DNA from: Isurus oxyrinchus
Taxonomy: Eukaryota
Assembly (NCBI GenBank): GCA_026770705.1
Contig: JANJGN010000052.1
Location: 3,100,001 to 3,164,000 of the forward strand
Length of the DNA stretch: 64,000 nt
Reading direction: 5' to 3'
The position numbers and the translations under genes are program-made. The notes beneath the pieces are model-generated. The model saw nothing but the letters and a program-made list of their open reading frames with translations. It searched no databases and had not been told where the DNA came from. Each line of letters begins with the position of its first letter. The first letter of the stretch is position 1. This document shows, in pieces, positions 13,065 through 25,425 of this stretch.

Positions 13065-15004
13065 GTAAGTGCTGTGTTATAATTACTCAACAATTCACAT
13101 TCAACACTCAATGGGAATTAACACAAACTGTGACGTTTACATATTAACACAAAACACAGTTTATTATAACACACTGTCTGATTCTCAATAACCTGGTGAT
13201 AGCTTCCAGTTCAGTCCTAAAGCAATGTCTAATACTCACTTTAATATCAATGATTAAATGTGTTGACTGTGTCTATCAATGTTATCAGGTTATCCACTCC
13301 CATCAATCTCTCAAATCCTGTCTTGAAGTCTGACATATCGACAGAAGAAAGATTTACATTTCTACAGCGCCTTTCACCACCCTAGACTTCCCACCCTAAA
13401 CCTCTCCCTCTCCCTCTTCCTCTCCCTCTCTCTCTCTCTCTCTCTCTGTCTCTTTCTCTCTGTCTCTCCATAACACCGACCTCTTCTGGTCAGCTGTCGC
13501 TAATATCTCCACATGTGTCTGGGTGACATACTTTGTTTTATGACGCTCCTGTGTAGCACCTTGAGGTGATTTGTCATGTTAAAGTTGTTGTGAAAATATA
13601 AGTTGTTGCCCTTTGACTCTCGACCCCAGATCGAGTCTTATTTTTGAGGGAATGTACAACCTCCTTAGATTTCTGACCAAAATGTCATTTGATTATTTTT
13701 ATTGAGCGAATGCCAAGCCCCGATACCCGAGCGAGAGCCTCCTCATTTGCTGAGTTTAGGGTGATGAGTCAGCCCCTTAGTCCGTAGAGGGGATTCTCCT
13801 CGGTAATGAGCAGCCTTGTTTGTGTCTCTCCACAAGCGCATGAGGGATTTGTACAGAGGCTGCAGCGCTGGAGGGGGTCTGCACAGGGGTCCTGGCCTGT
13901 CCTGAGCCGGTTTTAGCAAGGACAACTCTGGCCTTGGCAGCTGAAAGCCAGCCATTGGACAGACGGGGCCTGTCACAAGGAGCCTGTTAGTCACTCCCCC
14001 CCGTGTCTCCTGTGCTCGGATCCAGACCATGTTAGCTGGTGGATCTGGCTCAGGAAGGGTCCTCCCCATGGGACCCCCAGATGGAAGGTGGGTCGAGCGG
14101 GTCAGTCACTTGCATGTTTTTTCTGCAGCTTTAATATTTTAAGAAGGTAAGAATGTAGGAACATAAGAAATAGGGACAGGAGCAGGCCATTCGGCCCCTC
14201 CAGCCTGCTCTCACTGATCTGGTTGTGGCCTTAACTCCATTTTCCTGCCTGTCCCCCAAACCCTTGACTCTCTTGTCGATCAAAAACCTGCCTCACTCAG
14301 CCTTGAGTCTATTCAATGGCCCAGCCTCCACTGCTCTCTGGGGAAGAGAATTCCACAGGCTAGCGCCCCTCTGAGAGAGGAAATTCCTCCTCATCTCAGT
14401 CTTAAATGGGAGAGCCCTCATTCTGAAACTGTGCTCCCTGGTTCTAGATTCCCCCACGAGGGGGAAACATCCTCCCAGCATCCACCCTGTCAAGCCCCCT
14501 CGGAATTGGATATGTTTCAATAAGGTCACCCCTCATTCTTCTAAACTCCAATGGATACAGGCCCAACCTGCTCAACATTTCCTCACAGGACAAACCCTTT
14601 AATCCCAGGAATCAGCCCAGTGAAGCTTCTCTGAACTGCCTGTACACAATGATCCTGTTACAATCTCACTAACGCCCTGTGCAGCTGTTGCAAGACTTCC
14701 CTCCTTTTATACTCCATCCCTTTGCAATAAAGGCCAACATTCCACTTGCCTTCCTCATTCCGTGGTGTTCCTGAATGCTGACTTTCTGTGATTCATGTAC
14801 AAGGACACCCAGATCCCTCTGTACTGCATTCTGCAGCCTGTCTCCATTTAAATAATATCCTGTTTTTCTATTCTTCCTGCCAAAATAATTTGTTGCCATT
14901 CTCCTCAGTATTGACCATCCCCCCAATTCAGCCTCATCTGTAAATTTTGAGTCTAGTGGATCCACAAACCATCCAGAGATAAATATTGAGATTTCTCTCC
15001 CCAG

Positions 15005-15373
15005 TTGGACTGTCACAAGAGTGGAAAGGTGACACTCCACGAGAGGTGACAGCTCAGGAATGTTCGTGTGTACAGATTCCATGTCATTACAGTTATCCAT
15101 CGTGTCTGGAAAACCAACCGCGAGGTGGACTCTGGTTTAATAATGAGAAACAGATTCCCTGGGCTCCCATTGCCTTTCACTCCAAGGATCACAGTCACGA
15201 GTTACCACGGTTCCGCCATCGGACCCGGCTGTCTGGAGACCTGAAAGATGGCGACTGTTCCCTGATTATAAACAACATCAGACGGGAAGATGCAGGACCT
15301 TATTTTTTCAGAATAGAAATTGACAATGGTCCGAGCCATAACTATTACCCTGTAACCCAGCTTCACGTTTCTG
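15005..15373 (+). CDS. Gene A V-set exon V3
   Basis: AG/GT bounded, 369 nt, open; carries an extra Gly>Cys (QECSCV). Confidence 0.88.
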
Positions 15374-17309
15374 GTAAGTGCTGTGTTATAATTACTCAAC
15401 AATTCACATTCAACACTCAATGGGAATTAACACAAACTGTGACGTTTACATATTAACACAAAACACAGTTTATTATAACACACTGTCTGATTCTCAATAA
15501 CCTGGTGATAGCTTCCAGTTCAGTCCTAAAGCAATGTCTAATACTCACTTTAATATCAATGATTAAATGTGTTGACTGTGTCTATCAATGTTATCAGTTT
15601 ATCCACTCCCATCAATCTCTCAAATCCTGTCTTGAAGTCTGACATATCGACAGAAGAAAGATTTACATTTCTACAGCGCCTTTCACCACCCTAGACTTCC
15701 CACCCTAAACCTCTCCCTCTCCCTCTTCCTCTCCCTCTCTCTCTCTCTCTCTCTGTCTCTTTCTCTCTGTCTCTCCATAACACCGACCTCTTCTGGTCAG
15801 CTGTCGCTAATATCTACACGTGTCTGGGTGACATACTTTGTTTTATGACGCTCCTGTGTAGCACCTTGAGGTGATTTGTCATGTTAAAGTTGTTGTGAAA
15901 ATATAAGTTGTTGCCCTTTGACTCTCGACCCCAGATCGAGTCTTATTTTTGAGGGAATGTACAACCTCCTTAGATTTCTGACCAAAATGTCATTTGATTA
16001 TTTTTATTGAGCGAATGCCAAGTCCCAATACCGAGCGAGAGCCTCCTCATTTGCTGAGTTTAAGGTGATGAGTCAGCACCTTAGTCTGTAGAGGGGATTC
16101 TCCTCGGTAATGAGCAGCCTTGTTTGTGTCTCTCCACAAGCGCATGAGGGGTTTGTACAGAGGCTGCAGCGCTGGAGGGGGTCTGCACAGGGGTCCTGGC
16201 CTGTCCTGAGCCAGTTTTAGCAAGGACAACTCTGGCCTTGGCAGCTGAAAGCCAGCCATTGGACAGACGGGGCCTGTCACAAGGAGCCTGTTAGTCACTC
16301 CCCCCCCGTGTCTCCTGTGCTCGGATCCAGACCATGTTGGCTGGTGGATCTGGCTCAGGAAGGGTCCTCCCCATGGGACCCCCAGATGGAAGGTGGGTCG
16401 AGCGGGTCAGTCACTTGCATGTTTATTCTGCAGCTTTAATATTTTAAGAAGGTAAGAATGTAGGAACATAAGAAATAGGGACAGGAGCAGGCCATTCGGC
16501 CCCTCCAGCCTGCTCTCACTGATCTGGTTGTGGCCTTAACTCCATTTTCCTGCCTGTCCCCCAAACCCTTGACTCTCTTGTCGATCAAAAACCTGCCTCA
16601 CTCAGCCTTGAGTCTATTCAATGGCCCAGCCTCCACTGCTCTCTGGGGAAGAGAATTCCACAGGCTAGCGCCCCTCTGAGAGAGGAAATTCCTCCTCATC
16701 TCAGTCTTAAATGGGAGAGCCCTCATTCTGAAACTGTGCTCCCTGGTTCTAGATTCCCCCACGAGGGGGAAACATCCTCCCAGCATCCACCCTGTCAAGC
16801 CCCCTCGGAATCGGATATGTTTCAATAAGGTCACCCCTCATTCTTCTAAATTCCAATGGATACAGGCCCAACCTGCTCAACATTTCCTCACAGGACAAAC
16901 CCTTTAATCCCAGGAATCAGCCCAGTGAAGCTTCTCTGAACTGCCTGTACACAATGATCCTGTTACAATCTCACTAACGCCCTGTGCAGCTGTTGCAAGA
17001 CTTCCCTCCTTTTATACTCCATCCCTTTGCAATAAAGGCCAACATTCCACTTGCCTTCCTCATTCCGTGGTGTTCCTGAATGCTGACTTTCTGTGATTCA
17101 TGTACAAGGACACCCAGATCCCTCTGTACTGCATTCTGCAGCCTGTCTCCATTTAAATAATATCCTGTTTTTCTATTCTTCCTGCCAAAATAATTTGTTG
17201 CCATTCTCCTCAGTATTGACCATCCCCCCAATTCAGCCTCATCTGTAAATTTTGAGTCTAGTGGATCCACAAACCATCCAGAGATAAATATTGAGATTTC
17301 TCTCCCCAG

Positions 17310-17678
17310 TTGGACTGTCACAAGAGTGGAAAGGTGACACTCCACGAGAGGTGACAGCTCAGGAAGGTTCGTGTGTACAGATTCCATGTCATTACAGTTA
17401 TCCATCGTGTCTGGAAAACCAACCGCGAGGTGGACTCTGGTTTAATAATGAGAAACAGATTCCCTGGGCTCCCATTGCCTTTCACTCCAAGGATCACAGT
17501 CACGAGTTACCACGGTTCCGCCATCGGACCCGGCTGTCTGGAGACCTGAAAGATGGCGACTGTTCCCTGATTATAAACAACATCAGACGGGAAGATGCAG
17601 GACCTTATTTTTTCAGAATAGAAATTGACAATGGTCCGAGCCATAACTATTACCCTGTAACCCAGCTTCACGTTTCTG
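17310..17678 (+). CDS. Gene A V-set exon V4
   Basis: AG/GT bounded, 369 nt, open. Confidence 0.9.
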
Positions 17679-19613
17679 GTAAGTGCTGTGTTATAATTAC
17701 TCAACAATTCACATTCAACACTCAATGGGAATTAACACAAACTGTGACGTTTACATATTAACACAAAACACAGTTTATTATAACACACTGTCTGATTCTC
17801 AATAACCTGGTGATAGCTTCCAGTTCAGTCCTAAAGCAATGTCTAATACTCACTTTAATATCAATGATTAAATGTGTTGACTGTGTCTATCAATGTTATC
17901 AGTTTATCCACTCCCATCAATCTCTCAAATCCTGTCTTGAAGTCTGACATATCGACAGAAGAAAGATTTACATTTCTACAGCGCCTTTCACCACCCTAGA
18001 CTTCCCACCCTAAACCTCTCCCTCTCCCTCTTCCTCTCCCTCTCTCTCTCTCTCTCTCTGTCTCTTTCTCTCTGTCTCTCCATAACACCGACCTCTTCTG
18101 GTCAGCTGTCGCTAATATCTACACGTGTCTGGGTGACATACTTTGTTTTATGACGCTCCTGTGTAGCACCTTGAGGTGATTTGTCATGTTAAAGTTGTTG
18201 TGAAAATATAAGTTGTTGCCCTTTGACTCTCGACCCCAGATCGAGTCTTATTTTTGAGGGAATGTACAACCTCCTTAGATTTCTGACCAAAATGTCATTT
18301 GATTATTTTTATTGAGCGAATGCCAAGCCCCGATACCGAGCGAGAGCCTCCTCATTTGCTGAGTTTAGGGTGATGAGTCAGCCCCTTAGTCCGTAGAGGG
18401 GATTCTCCTCGGTAATGAGCAGCCTTGTTTGTGTCTCTCCACAAGCGCATGAGGGGTTTGTACAGAGGCTGCAGCGCTGGAGGGGGTCTGCACAGGGGTC
18501 CTGGCCTGTCCTGAGCCGGTTTTAGCAAGGACCACTCTGGCCTTGGCAGCTGAAAGCCAGCCATTGGACAGACGGGGCCTGTCACAAGGAGCCTGTTAGT
18601 CACTCCCCACCGTGTCTCCTGTGCTCGGATCCAGACCATGTTAGCTGGTGGATCTGGCTCAGGAAGGGTCCTCCCCATGGGACCCCCAGATGGAAGGTGG
18701 GTCGAGCGGGTCATTCACTTGCATGTTTATTCTGCAGCTTTAATATTTTAAGAAGGTAAGAATGTAGGAACATAAGAAATAGGGACAGGAGCAGGCCATT
18801 CGGCCCCTCCAGCCTGCTCTCACTGATCTGGTTGTGGCCTTAACTCCATTTTCCTGCCTGTCCCCCAAACCCTTGACTCTCTTGTCGATCAAAAACCTGC
18901 CTCACTCAGCCTTGAGTCTATTCAATGGCCCAGCCTCCACTGCTCTCTGGGGAAGAGAATTCCACAGGCTAGCGCCCCTCTGAGAGAGGAAATTCCTCCT
19001 CATCTCAGTCTTAAATGGGAGAGCCCTCATTCTGAAACTGTGCTCCCTGGTTCTAGATTCCCCCACGAGGGGGAAACATCCTCCCAGCATCCACCCTGTC
19101 AAGCCCCCTCGGAATCGGATATGTTTCAATAAGGTCACCCCTCATTCTTCTAAATTCCAATGGATACAGGCCCAACCTGCTCAACATTTCCTCACAGGAC
19201 AAACCCTTTAATCCCAGGAATCAGCCCAGTGAAGCTTCTCTGAACTGCCTGTACACAATGATCCTGTTACAATCTCACTAACGCCCTGTGTAGCTGTTGC
19301 AAGACTTCCCTCCTTTTATACTCCATCCCTTTGCAATAAAGGCCAACATTCCACTTGCCTTCCTCATTCCGTGTTGTTCCTGAATGCTGACTTTCTGTGA
19401 TTCATGTACCAGGACACCCAGATCCCTCTGTACTGCATACTGCAGCCTGTCACCATTTAAATTATATCCTGTTTTTCTATTCTTCCTGACAATATAATTT
19501 ATTGCCATTCTCCTCAGTATTGACCATCCCCCCAATTCAGCCTCATCTGTAAATATCGGGTTCAGTGGATCCACAAACCATTCAGAGTTAAATATTGAGA
19601 TTTCTCTCCCCAG

Positions 19614-19979
19614 CTGAACCCTCACAAGAGTGGAAAGGTGACACTCCACGAGAGGTGACAGTGCAGGAAGGTTCCTGTGTACAGATTCCATGTCATTATA
19701 GTTATCCATCATGTCTGGAAAACCAACCGCGACGTGGAGTCTGGCTTAATAATGAGGAATGGAGAACATCGTCTATAGCCTTTCACTCCAAGGATCACAG
19801 TCACGAGTTACCACGGTTCCACCATCGGACCCGGCTGTCTGGAGACCTGAAAGATGGCGACTGTTCCCTGATTATAAACAACATCACATGGGAAGATGCA
19901 GGACCTTATTTTTTCAGAATAGAATTTGACAATGGTCCGAGCCATAACTATTACCCTGTAACCCAGGTTCACGTTTCTG
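19614..19979 (+). CDS. Gene A V-set exon V5
   Basis: AG/GT bounded, 366 nt, open. Confidence 0.9.
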
Positions 19980-21915
19980 GTAAGTGCTGTGTTATAATTA
20001 CTCAACAATTCACATTCAACACTCAATGGGAATTAACACAAACTGTGACGTTTACATATTAACACAAAACACAGTTTATTATAACACACTGTCTGATTCT
20101 CAATAACCTGGTGATAGCTTCCAGTTCAGTCCTAAAGCAATGTCTAATACTCACTTTAATATCAATGATTAAATGTGTTGACTGTGTCTATCAATGTTAT
20201 CAGTTTATCCACTCCCATCAATCTCTCAAATCCTGTCTTGAAGTCTGACATATCGACAGAAGAAAGATTTACATTTCTACAGCGCCTTTCACCACCCTAG
20301 ACTTCCCACCCTAAACCTCTCCCTCTCCCTCTTCCTCTCCCTCTCTCTCTCTCTCTCTCTGTCTCTTTCTCTCTGTCTCTCCATAACACCGACCTCTTCT
20401 GGTCAGCTGTCGCTAATATCTACACGTGTCTGGGTGACATACTTTGTTTTATGACGCTCCTGTGTAGCACCTTGAGGTGATTTGTCATGTTAAAGTTGTT
20501 GTGAAAATATAAGTTGTTGCCCTTTGACTCTCGACCCCAGATCGAGTCTTATTTTTGAGGGAATGTACAACCTCCTTAGATTTCTGACCAAAATGTCATT
20601 TGATTATTTTTATTGAGCGAATGCCAAGTCCCAATACCGAGCGAGAGCCTCCTCATTTGCCGAGTTTAGGGTGATGAGTCAGCACCTTAGTCTGTAGAGG
20701 GGATTCTCCTCGGTAATGAGCAGCCTTGTTTGTGTCTCTCCACAAGCGCATGAGGGGTTTGTACAGAGGCTGCAGCGCTGGAGGGGGTCTGCACAGGGGT
20801 CCTGGCCTGTCCTGAGCCGGTTTTAGCAAGGACAACTCTGGCCTTGGCAGCTGAAAGCCAGCCATTGGACAGACGGGGCCTGTCACAAGGAGCCTGTTAG
20901 TCACTCCCCCCCCGTGTCTCCTGTGCTCGGATCCAGACCATGTTGGCTGGTGGATCTGGCTCAGGAAGGGTCCTCCCCATGGGACCCCCAGATGGAAAGT
21001 GGGTCGAGCGGGTCATTCACTTGCATGTTTATTCTGCAGCTTTAATATTTTAAGAAGGTAAGAATGTAGGAACATAAGAAATAGGGACAGGAGCAGGCCA
21101 TTCGGCCCCTCCAGCCTGCTCTCACTGATCTGGTTGTGGCCTTAACTCCATTTTCCTGCCTGTCCCCCAAACCCTTGACTCTCTTGTCGATCAAAAACCT
21201 GCCTCACTCAGCCTTGAGTCTATTCAATGGCCCAGCCTCCACTGCTCTCTGGGGAAGAGAATTCCACAGGCTAGCGCCCCTCTGAGAGAGGAAATTCCTC
21301 CTCATCTCAGTCTTAAATGGGAGAGCCCTCATTCTGAAACTGTGCTCCCTGGTTCTAGATTCCCCCACGAGGGGGAAACATCCTCCCAGCATCCACCCTG
21401 TCAAGCCCCCTCGGAATCGGATATGTTTCAATAAGGTCACCCCTCATTCTTCTAAACTCCAATGGATACAGGCCCAACCTGCTCAACATTTCCTCACAGG
21501 ACAAACCCTTTAATCCCAGGAATCAGCCCAGTGAAGCTTCTCTGAACTGCCTGTACACAATGATCCTGTTACAATCTCACTAACGCCCTGTGCAGCTGTT
21601 GCAAGACTTCCCTCCTTTTATACTCCATCCCTTTGCAATAAAGGCCAACATTCCACTTGCCTTCCTCATTCCGTGGTGTTCCTGAATGCTGACTTTCTGT
21701 GATTCATGTACCAGGACACCCAGATCCCTCTGTACTGCATACTGCAGCCTGTCACCATTTAAATTATATCCTGTTTTTCTATTCTTCCTGACAATATAAT
21801 TTATTGCCATTCTCCTCAGTATTGACCATCCCCCCAATTCAGCCTCATCTGTAAATATCGGGTTCAGTGGATCCACAAACCATTCAGAGTTAAATATTGA
21901 GATTTCTCTCCCCAG

Positions 21916-22281
21916 CTGAACCCTCACAAGAGTGGAAAGGTGACACTCCACGAGAGGTGACAGTGCAGGAAGGTTCCTGTGTACAGATTCCATGTCATTA
22001 TAGTTATCCATCATGTCTGGAAAACCAACCGCGACGTGGAGTCTGGCTTAATAATGAGGAATGGAGAACATCGTCTATAGCCTTTCACTCCAAGGATCAC
22101 AGTCACGAGTTACCACGGTTCCACCATCGGACCCGGCTGTCTGGAGACCTGAAAGATGGCGACTGTTCCCTGATTATAAACAACATCACATGGGAAGATG
22201 CAGGACCTTATTTTTTCAGAATAGAATTTGACAATGGTCCGAGCCATAACTATTACCCTGTAACCCAGGTTCACGTTTCTG
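21916..22281 (+). CDS. Gene A V-set exon V6
   Basis: AG/GT bounded, 366 nt, open; same protein sequence as V5. Confidence 0.9.
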
Positions 22282-23009
22282 GTAAGTGCTGTGTTATAAT
22301 TACTCAACAATTCACATTCAACACTCAATGGGAAACAACACAAACTGTGACGTTTACATATTAACACAAAACACAGCTTATTATAACACACTGTCTGATT
22401 CTCAATAATCCGGTGATAGCTTCCAGTTCACTCCTAAAGCAACCTCTAATACTCACTTTAATATCAATGATTAAATGTATTGACTGTGTCCATCAATGTT
22501 ATCAGGTTATCCACTCCCATCGATCTCTCTAATCCTGTCTCGAAGTCTGACTTAGCGACAGAAGAAAGATTCACAATTCTGTAGCACTTTTCACCACCTC
22601 AGCACGGACCAAATCACTTCACAGCCAAAGAGCTGATTCCTGAATTTTAGTTACTATTGTAATGTGGGAAACACAGCAACCAATTTGCGCACAGCAAGCT
22701 CCCACAAATTGCAAAGTAAAAAATGGCCTAGATCGCTGAGGGACTGATGGGTTAGTGCACTCCAAACTCTGGTCTGCTCCACCACCCTCACCCACTATTA
22801 TCAGTTCAAGTGTCTCGGAGTGAACGTGTATTAAGCTGAGAGACAGAAACACCAAAGTCTCAAAGCAGGAAATTCTCTCCTAATCATTGTAACCTCTCAG
22901 ATCTGATATCATCCTTGTAAAAGTGCTTTTTCTTGTGGGACTGTGATTTCTATTTGAACTGATGCTTCACGTTATATTTCTCTAAAAGGATCCATTCTCT
23001 GTGTGTTAG

Positions 23010-23306
23010 ATTTCACAGATAAACCCACGATATTCCCTGCTGAAATTATTGCAGGAAAGCGTGTGGATGTAAGCTGCACCTTCAACACAACGTGCAATGG
23101 AACAGCAGCACCTGTCTTAACCTGGGACACTCCCACTGACGTACCTGTATCAGTCTCAAACACTGTAACTCAGCATGGTGTCACTCTGACCTATACTTCT
23201 GTTCTGACCCTGATCCCATCACTCAAACACCACAGACACAATCTCAGCTGCAGAGTGAGATATCCATCTGTTTCATCGGAGCGGACCCTCGTACTAACTA
23301 TGCAAG
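23010..23306 (+). CDS. Gene A C2-set exon (Siglec domain-2 type)
   Basis: TTAG acceptor (alternative in-frame CAG 9 nt later), CAAG|GTAAGT donor, 297 nt; KPTIFP...SCTFNTTC...LTW...LSCRV with the extra BC-loop Cys. Confidence 0.92.
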
Positions 23307-23630
23307 GTAAGTACGGACACCCTTCATTCTACATCAGCACTCCCTCAGCGCTGACCCTCTGACAGTGCAGCCCGTTCTCAGTGTCCACATTCTCATGCCT
23401 CTCAAAGTGCTTCACAGTCGATAGAAGTTAACTGATCTTTATTTGATTGTTGCTGAATGAAGAGACAAGCTGTCTAAACTTTGCATCTCACACACATTAT
23501 TTTCCATGGCAACACCTCCTCCAATCAGAGACCACTTGCTGATTAACCAGCACTCTCTTCCCTTTAAATATAAATTGTTGTTCACTTTCTGTTGGTAAAC
23601 CTGCAATCTGTCTTGTTGAGTCCAGTCCTG

Positions 23631-23781
23631 ACATCTGAATATTACAATGAACAGAACAAGTTCCAACAATGAGCTGTGGTTGGTGATTCCTCACGTTACA
23701 TCCAGGGACACTGGAGACTATCAGTGTGCTCAGAGAATGAACATGGAGCAGTGGAGGGGTTCATAACCATCACTGTGGAAC
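23631..23781 (+). pseudogene. Decayed 3' half of a third-type C2 exon in gene A
   Basis: HLNITMNRTSSNNELWLVIPHVTSRDTGDYQC matches gene D repeats; 5' half missing; 1-nt deletion after the Cys codon; donor changed to GTTAGT. Confidence 0.85.
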
Positions 23782-24895
23782 GTTAGTTAAGACAAACTTC
23801 AACATCTCTCTCAGATTGAAACGCTACAAAAACACACATAAATATACAGCCTTAAATAGACACCTGCATACACACAATCCCACATCTATGAGCACACACA
23901 AAGACACACTCACAAACAAACACACTAGCACATACTCCCCTGTGGATTACCTGACCTCCCTCAGTGCTGCACCGGAGAGTTGACCTGGATTCTGGGATTT
24001 GTGTTCCCTTTCATATTTATGGAAGAATATGGAAATTGCAAAGTCTATTACAGACACTCAGATGCACAGAGATACTCACAGATACTCTCTGCCTCTCCAA
24101 CTCTCTATCCTACTTTAAGAACCTTCCTGAAATCTAACTCTTTGACCAGTCACCAGTCCCAATTCCTCCTTACGTGATTTTGTGTGAAATTTTGTTTGAG
24201 TATCTGAGAGTAAGAGGGAAGTGGAGAGGTTTAGGAAGGGAATTCCTGTTGCTGAAAAGCTTACATCAAGTTCTCAGCTTTCCAGTGCCCATTTTTCACA
24301 TGATGTCCATGTTCATAATGGGGATTGCCTATGTAAACATCACGCTGTAGTTACACTCTCCCACCAGTGGTAGCACGGTAACACTTAACCCTTGCATCTC
24401 CAAGCTTTTCAAGCAATTTCACTTCCTAATTTCCTACTATTCACCTCAACCATTCCCTGTGGGAGCGAGTTCCATATTCTCCCCTCTCTCTGGGTAAAGA
24501 TTGGAACTGTTTATTAAGCGGGGGGTGTAAGTCCGTGGGGGAGTCCATCCCGATACTGCCCGATTCGCACACACGGCTGAGATGGATTTTCACCCGGCAC
24601 TAAAGGTTTCCAGAATTTTCTACAGCACAATCCTGTACACAGCGATGGAGAGAAACATTGGACAGGGAGTCCAACAGCACAATGATCCATTCTCACCAAT
24701 GTTCCACGCTAAGGAGAAAGTTCCGATTGTCCACTCTTAGAGTGTTTACAATGAAAACATTCATTCCACATTGAATCCCAGTGGATGGGTCAATATTACA
24801 GCAAATGTTGCAGTGATATGAAGCTTGATTGTTCAGCCAGAGTGAGAGATTGAAAGCGGAGAGTCAGTGATGATTTCTTTCTGTGTGTTCTCTAG

Positions 24896-25035
24896 ACAGT
24901 GGAGGAGAGATTCTGCACGTGATCCTGATCCTGGGAATACGAGCTGTGATATTCCTTGTGGCTGTGGTTATCACTATCACTGGAGTCTGTGTCTGGGAGA
25001 GACAAACAGTGAAAGGAAGTCGACAGACTGTTTGA
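24896..25035 (+). CDS. Gene A terminal exon: TM with intramembrane Arg and short tail, (D)SGGEILHVILILGIRAVIFLVAVVITITGVCVWERQTVKGSRQTV*
   Basis: Polypyrimidine tract plus TAG acceptor; phase 1 matches the C2 donor; Arg codon CGA 24940-24942; TGA 25033-25035. Confidence 0.85.
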
Positions 25036-25419
25036 AGCTTTGTACAGCAACAATCTGGTCAGTCAGTGCGGACAAATAACGTGTGATGTTGTGTTAAGTT
25101 GTAATGAAACTGGTCAGTGTCCTGGTTATAATCATCTCCGTATCATCGAGTCATTCCAGCAATGGAGGAGGACATTTGGCCCATTGAGTCTATGCTGTCT
25201 CTCTGTAAAGGAATCCACTCAGTCCCATCCCCTGCTCTATCCCCGTATCCCTGCAAATTTATTTCCAAGTGTCCGTCCAATTTCCTTTTGAAATTGTTCA
25301 TCGAATAGGAATGAACAGAAATGTGACGTTGCTAAACTCTGTTCTCTGATTGGAATGTGCTTTCTGAATGCTGCACCTTTTTCATGCTGCGATAGATTGT
25401 AAGAAGCATTTGGCTTATG

Positions 25420-25425
25420 AATAAA
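25420..25425 (+). terminator. Candidate polyadenylation signal AATAAA of gene A
   Basis: Lies in a 3'UTR block homologous to the gene D 3'UTR. Confidence 0.55.

Larger units (their letters stand above)
11160..22600 (+). repeat. Tandem segmental array of five ~2.3-kb units, each with LINE fragments, a (CT)n tract and one V-set exon
   Basis: V exon starts 12696, 15005, 17310, 19614, 21916 (spacing 2309, 2305, 2304, 2302); introns nearly identical. Confidence 0.97.

Noticed and set aside
8914-22400. Tandem V exons as rearranging Ig/TCR/NAR V segments
   Set aside because: Each V is a complete domain ending in a GT donor; there are no individual leaders, no heptamer-spacer-nonamer and no J segments; the cysteine pattern is Siglec-type
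24867-25079. ORF-track 70-aa ORF over the gene A TM exon
   Set aside because: Wrong frame; the phase-1 frame from 24896 gives the hydrophobic helix
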